DNA from: Candidatus Bipolaricaulota bacterium
Lineage (GTDB): Bacteria > Bipolaricaulota > Bipolaricaulia > UBA7950 > UBA9294
Length of the DNA stretch: 39,943 bases
Reading direction: 5' to 3'
Assembly (NCBI GenBank): GCA_022711155.1
Contig: JAKLFO010000002.1
Coordinates: 1 to 39,943 of the forward strand
The first letter of the stretch is position 1. Each line of letters begins with the position of its first letter. Below, piece by piece: positions 36,475 through 39,943 of this stretch. The position numbers and the translations under genes are program-made. The notes under the pieces were generated by a model that did not search any database, was not told where the DNA came from, and worked only from the letters and a program-made list of their open reading frames with translations.

Positions 36475-39399
36475 GTGAAGAAGTGGGTGGTCGTCTCTCT
36501 CAGCGTCGTCCTCGTGGGCCTCGGCCTCTCGCAGCCCGGCTTCGCCGCCGGAGCAGACAAGGCGCCGCTCAATCTGGCCATCGTCTGGCACCAGCACCAG
36601 CCGCTCTACTGGAACCGACTGACGAGCGAGTACGAGCTCCCGTGGGTCCGCGTGCATGCCGTACAGGAGTACATCGACTCGGCCCGCATCTCCGCCGAGT
36701 ACCCGGACGTGCATGTCACGTTCAACCTCCAGCCCAGTCTGCTGTGGCAACTTGAGGACTACGCCTCGATCCGCCCCGAGGAAGCGTCGCGCGGCGGGCT
36801 CTACGAGATCGTGGGCGCCGTCGACAACCACCTCCGCTGGGTGTGGGCACTCGCCCACGATCCCGCCGCGCTCTCCGCGGAAGATAGGGCACGGTTGGAG
36901 GATCAGGATTTCTGGATCAACGGCTACATGCTCGCCGACACCGCAGCCGACCCCTATTTCGATGGACGGTATGCAGAACTGAACCGGCTTCACAACGAGC
37001 GCGACCTGACAGACCAGGAGCTCCTCGACGCATCGGCCCTCTTCCTCTTGTGGCAGATCTCGCCGGAGCTCCACGAGGAGCTCGGCCTCCTGCGCTATCG
37101 CTCGCACACTGGGTTCACGTGGGACGACGTCGCGGCGCTCCTGCGCGGGCAGATGACCGTGATCGGCCGCGTCGTTGATGCGTACAAGATGGCAAGCGAC
37201 CTGGGGAACGAACTCATCACGAGCCCGTTCTATCACCCGATCCTTCCCCTTCTCGCGGCGCGCGGCTACGAAGCGGACGCCCTCGGGCAGATGGAGCAGG
37301 CGCAGGCACAGCACGCCGAGCTGCTCGGAGCCCGCGCGACAGGAGTCTGGTCTCCAGAGCAGGCGGTGTCCGACGGGTCGCTGGCGCTGCTCGCGCAGGC
37401 CGGCTTCCGCTGGACGTCGGCCGACGAGGGCATCCTCGCTCAGGCCCTCGGGCACACGCCGACGCTGGCCGAGCTGACGCAGATCTACGAGAGCCAGGGC
37501 ATGAACGTCTTCTTCCGCGAGACAGGCGTCTCCAACGACATCAGCTTCGCGTACGGCAACAAGGGCACCGACGTCGCGGTCGCCGACTTTCTGGCCAAGC
37601 TGCGCGTCGCATACGACGAGCTCGACGACCCATCCCAGCACGTCTTCACGGTGGCGGTCGACGGCGAGAACTGGATGTTCATGGCCGGGTACCCGAACAA
37701 CGGCCGCGACTTCCTCCGCGCCCTCTACACCGCCATTGCCGCCTGCGATTGGGTGAAAACCGTGACGCCGACGGAAGCGCTCGCGACGATCGAGGCGCGG
37801 GCGCACATCGCCTCGATGCCGACGGGATCTTGGGCGGGCGACCTCTCCACCTGGTCGGGCGAGGTCGAAGAGGACCAGGCGTGGGAGGAGCTCGGGCTGG
37901 CGCGCTCGGCCGTGACCCGCGCCGGCGACCCGGCCTCCGCCCTCGACGCGATCTACGCCGCGGAGGGCTCCGACTGGTTCTGGTGGTACGGGACCGACCA
38001 AGACTCGAACACCGACGACATCTATGACTGGCTCTTCAAGGCGCATCTCGTAGGCGCCTACGAAGCATCGGGTACGCCGGAGGCCGACGTCCCGGACGTC
38101 CTTTCGTTGCGGCTCGTCTTGCCGGCCCCGGCCAGCCTCGGCGAGGTCGCGCCGGCCGTAGACGGCGTCGTGGCGTCCGGGGAAGGTTGGGCGGACGCCG
38201 CGACGGTCTCCGGATCGGGCGACCTGGTCTCCCTCTCGGTGGGCTACAAGGAGACGAACCTCTACGTGCTGGTGACGACTGCCTCCGCCCCGTCGAGCTG
38301 GATCGGACAGGATCTGTACTTGACGCTCTACGCGTCCGGACAGCCCGGCGCGGCCGCCAACGTGGCCACCAAGCTGACCGGCACGTCGCTCGGGTTCGCG
38401 CTCGCGTCGGCGATGCAGTTCAACTTCTCCAAGCTCGACGCGCAGGGCGTCGGCGTCGTTTCCAAGTACGCGGCCGACGGACACGGCGGATGGACGTACG
38501 CATCGAGCATCCGCACGACGGGCGATCGTCGGGCCGCAGCCGCGACGCACATCGAGTTCTCGGTCCCGTTCTCGGAGCTTGGCGTCGAGCCCGGCAAGAC
38601 GGTCACCTTGGCCGCCGTGCTCGAGACGAAAGACGCCTTGCTCGGTCGGGCTCCCGCACGGCCGATGCTGGCATCCATCCCGACGCTGATTCGCGGCGTC
38701 GAGCGCTTCGTCGTCGCCGACCCGGCGGGCGACGACCATGGCGCGGGCACGCTGACCTACCCGACGAACGCCGTCTTCTCCACCGAAGGGATCTTCGATC
38801 TCCAGAGCTACAGCGTCTACGACGCCGGCACGGCTTGGCAGATGGCGTTCGACTTCGCCGCCCTTCCGAACCCTTGGACGGGCCCGCTCGGATTCAGCTT
38901 CCCGCTCCTCTACCTCTACTTCGACGTTGCCGAGGGCGGCTCCGCCGCCTCGCACCCGGAGGGAGAGGCCGCGCAGGTCGCCTTTGCGCCGCAACACGCG
39001 TGGGATGCGTTTGTGCGCGTCGCCGGGTGGCCGGCCTACGGCCGCCACATGTGGACCGCGGCCGGAGAAGGCCCCTTCCTTGTAGAGGTCGCGAGCGACC
39101 CGAAGCGCGGGCGGATCATCGTTACGATTCCCAAGTCGCTCCTGCCGGAGATCGAGGGCTGGCACTACGTCCTCGTCGGCTCGCAGGACGGCTACGGACA
39201 GAACTACCTTCGCTCCGTCGGGGCGACGGCTGGAGAGTGGGTCGGAGGCGGGAGCCCCGCCCCCGGGTGGGCCCCGGCGATCTACGACTACATCGCGCCA
39301 GACGGGGCGTCGCAGGAATCGATCCTCGCGTCGTTCAACGCGGCCGCGGGAGCGTACGCGGAGCTGCAGCCAATCCATGTCACATTCGACTCGCCATAG
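36475..39399 (+). CDS. Secreted GH57-family alpha-glucan hydrolase (amylopullulanase-like) with middle beta-rich module and C-terminal glucodextranase-type domain
   Basis: GTG at 36475 follows GGGAGG. The signal peptide reads VKKWVVVSLSVVLVGLGLSQPGFAA|GADK. GH57 motifs are WHQHQPLYW, TFNLQPSLL, WSPEQAVS (Glu), VAVDGENW (Asp) and SDWFWWYG. The C-terminal DPAGDDHGAGTLTYPTN..FDL..Y resembles glucodextranase domain C. Confidence 0.85.
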   Translation: MKKWVVVSLSVVLVGLGLSQPGFAAGADKAPLNLAIVWHQHQPLYWNRLTSEYELPWVRVHAVQEYIDSARISAEYPDVHVTFNLQPSLLWQLEDYASIRPEEASRGGLYEIVGAVDNHLRWVWALAHDPAALSAEDRARLEDQDFWINGYMLADTAADPYFDGRYAELNRLHNERDLTDQELLDASALFLLWQISPELHEELGLLRYRSHTGFTWDDVAALLRGQMTVIGRVVDAYKMASDLGNELITSPFYHPILPLLAARGYEADALGQMEQAQAQHAELLGARATGVWSPEQAVSDGSLALLAQAGFRWTSADEGILAQALGHTPTLAELTQIYESQGMNVFFRETGVSNDISFAYGNKGTDVAVADFLAKLRVAYDELDDPSQHVFTVAVDGENWMFMAGYPNNGRDFLRALYTAIAACDWVKTVTPTEALATIEARAHIASMPTGSWAGDLSTWSGEVEEDQAWEELGLARSAVTRAGDPASALDAIYAAEGSDWFWWYGTDQDSNTDDIYDWLFKAHLVGAYEASGTPEADVPDVLSLRLVLPAPASLGEVAPAVDGVVASGEGWADAATVSGSGDLVSLSVGYKETNLYVLVTTASAPSSWIGQDLYLTLYASGQPGAAANVATKLTGTSLGFALASAMQFNFSKLDAQGVGVVSKYAADGHGGWTYASSIRTTGDRRAAAATHIEFSVPFSELGVEPGKTVTLAAVLETKDALLGRAPARPMLASIPTLIRGVERFVVADPAGDDHGAGTLTYPTNAVFSTEGIFDLQSYSVYDAGTAWQMAFDFAALPNPWTGPLGFSFPLLYLYFDVAEGGSAASHPEGEAAQVAFAPQHAWDAFVRVAGWPAYGRHMWTAAGEGPFLVEVASDPKRGRIIVTIPKSLLPEIEGWHYVLVGSQDGYGQNYLRSVGATAGEWVGGGSPAPGWAPAIYDYIAPDGASQESILASFNAAAGAYAELQPIHVTFDSP

Positions 39400-39478
39400 G
39401 GAGGTGGTGTAGAAGAGAGTCAGTCGTCGTCGTGGGTCGGACGGAAAGGCAAGAGACAGTATCAAGGAGGAATCGACC

Positions 39479-39943
39479 ATGAAGCGAGTAACGGTACTAG
39501 TCCTCGGGCTCCTGCTCGTCGCAGGGCTCGCGGCAACGGCCAGCACGGCGGGCAAGCTGTTGATCTGGGCGGACGACACGCGGTTCCCGATCATGCAGAC
39601 GGTCGCGGCGCAGTTCACGGCGGCCTACGGCGTCGAGGTCGAGGTGCAGCAGGTCGGATTCGGCGACATCCGCGGTAACCTCGCGACCGCCGGACCGGCC
39701 GGCGAAGGTCCGGACATTCTGATCGGCGCCCACGACTGGCTGGGCGAGCTCATTCAGAACGGGCTCATTGAGCCGATCGTTCTCCCGACCTCGATGGTCG
39801 CCGCGTTCGACCCCGTGGCGATCGACGCGGCGAGCGTGGACCTGGTGCGCGCGGCGCCCGTCGCGCGCGGCTCGGCGCTGGAGGGGAAGGCGGGCGAGGG
39901 CGACGACAAGTTCGCCGCCCTGCACCCGGAGAGCCGCGGGGAG
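39479..39943 (+). CDS. ABC transporter substrate-binding protein, MalE/maltodextrin-binding-like; 5' part only (runs off the window)
   Basis: Not in the ORF track. ATG at 39479 follows AAGGAGG. My translation is [100 protein letters not shown].., which parallels the MalE N-terminus. The last ~35 residues look less SBP-like. Confidence 0.7.
   Translation, partial: MKRVTVLVLGLLLVAGLAATASTAGKLLIWADDTRFPIMQTVAAQFTAAYGVEVEVQQVGFGDIRGNLATAGPAGEGPDILIGAHDWLGELIQNGLIEPIVLPTSMVAAFDPVAIDAASVDLVRAAPVARGSALEGKAGEGDDKFAALHPESRGE

Noticed and set aside
36382-39618. Very long antisense or out-of-frame ORFs in the track. Examples are 36382..39618(-) 1078 aa, 5120..7099(-) 659 aa, 15447..17438(+) 663 aa, 7132..8589(-), 8689..10146(-), 11613..12911(-), 12937..14010(-), 21011..22879(+) and 27258..28358(-).
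   Set aside because: Their translations are Arg/Gly/Pro/Ala-rich low-complexity strings with no motifs. Each lies opposite or out of frame to a gene with clear family motifs. Stop-codon-poor shadow frames are expected in GC-rich DNA.
1-39943. TGA reassignment or selenocysteine/pyrrolysine recoding as an explanation for the stop-codon skew.
   Set aside because: TGA and TAG both terminate conserved proteins (serS, tldD, ribF, ruvB, rpmB, rpmF) at their normal C-termini. No in-frame internal stops are needed for any family-recognisable gene.
39826-39943. The last ~35 codons of the MalE-like ORF (..[37 protein letters not shown]) lose resemblance to maltose-binding proteins. This could indicate a frameshift or chimeric end.
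   Set aside because: The other two forward frames translate to even less protein-like sequence and no stop is encountered. The region abuts the window edge, so it cannot be evaluated. It may simply be a lineage-specific loop.

Overview
High-GC (roughly two-thirds G+C by eye), very gene-dense bacterial chromosomal segment. I call about 38 CDS, 1 tRNA, no rRNA, no CRISPR array, and no transposase or integrase. Most long ORFs in the six-frame track are antisense or out-of-frame shadows typical of GC-rich DNA, and many real genes start at internal start codons with good Shine-Dalgarno sites.

Gene content, left to right:
- An ABC-2 transporter (ATPase and permease) with a NosD-type beta-helix surface protein between its two genes, then serS.
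- RNase Z-like MBL hydrolase, class-III aminotransferase, HU.
- A UvrD-type helicase fused to a Cas4/AddB-type nuclease.
- rsfS, an LCP/LytR_C protein, mtaB, phoH, a GNAT.
- An ftsZ + atypical response regulator operon.
- rpmF, dtd, an RNase H-like gene and tRNA(CAU).
- Nitroreductase, tldD/tldE, ruvB, ribF, tsaB, rpmB.
- A four-subunit 2-oxoacid:ferredoxin oxidoreductase.
- An alpha-glucan locus at 29.6-39.9 kb.

Most unusual items:
1. A 949-aa protein fusing a ParB/Srx-like + DUF4032-like module to a GlgE-like GH13 domain. It sits in a near-leaderless two-gene operon with a metallophosphoesterase. That operon is divergent from a ROK regulator, an orphan GH36/Sip1-like protein, a secreted GH57 enzyme and a MalE-like binding protein.
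2. ftsZ carrying an extra ~100-aa N-terminal domain, co-transcribed with an OmpR-family regulator whose receiver lacks the phospho-acceptor Asp.
3. TAG as the majority stop codon (20 of 36 complete CDS), with three convergent gene pairs interlocked on the palindrome CTAG.
4. A tRNA whose 3' end lies 4 nt from the next gene's ATG.

All functional calls rest on motifs read by eye. No searches were run.
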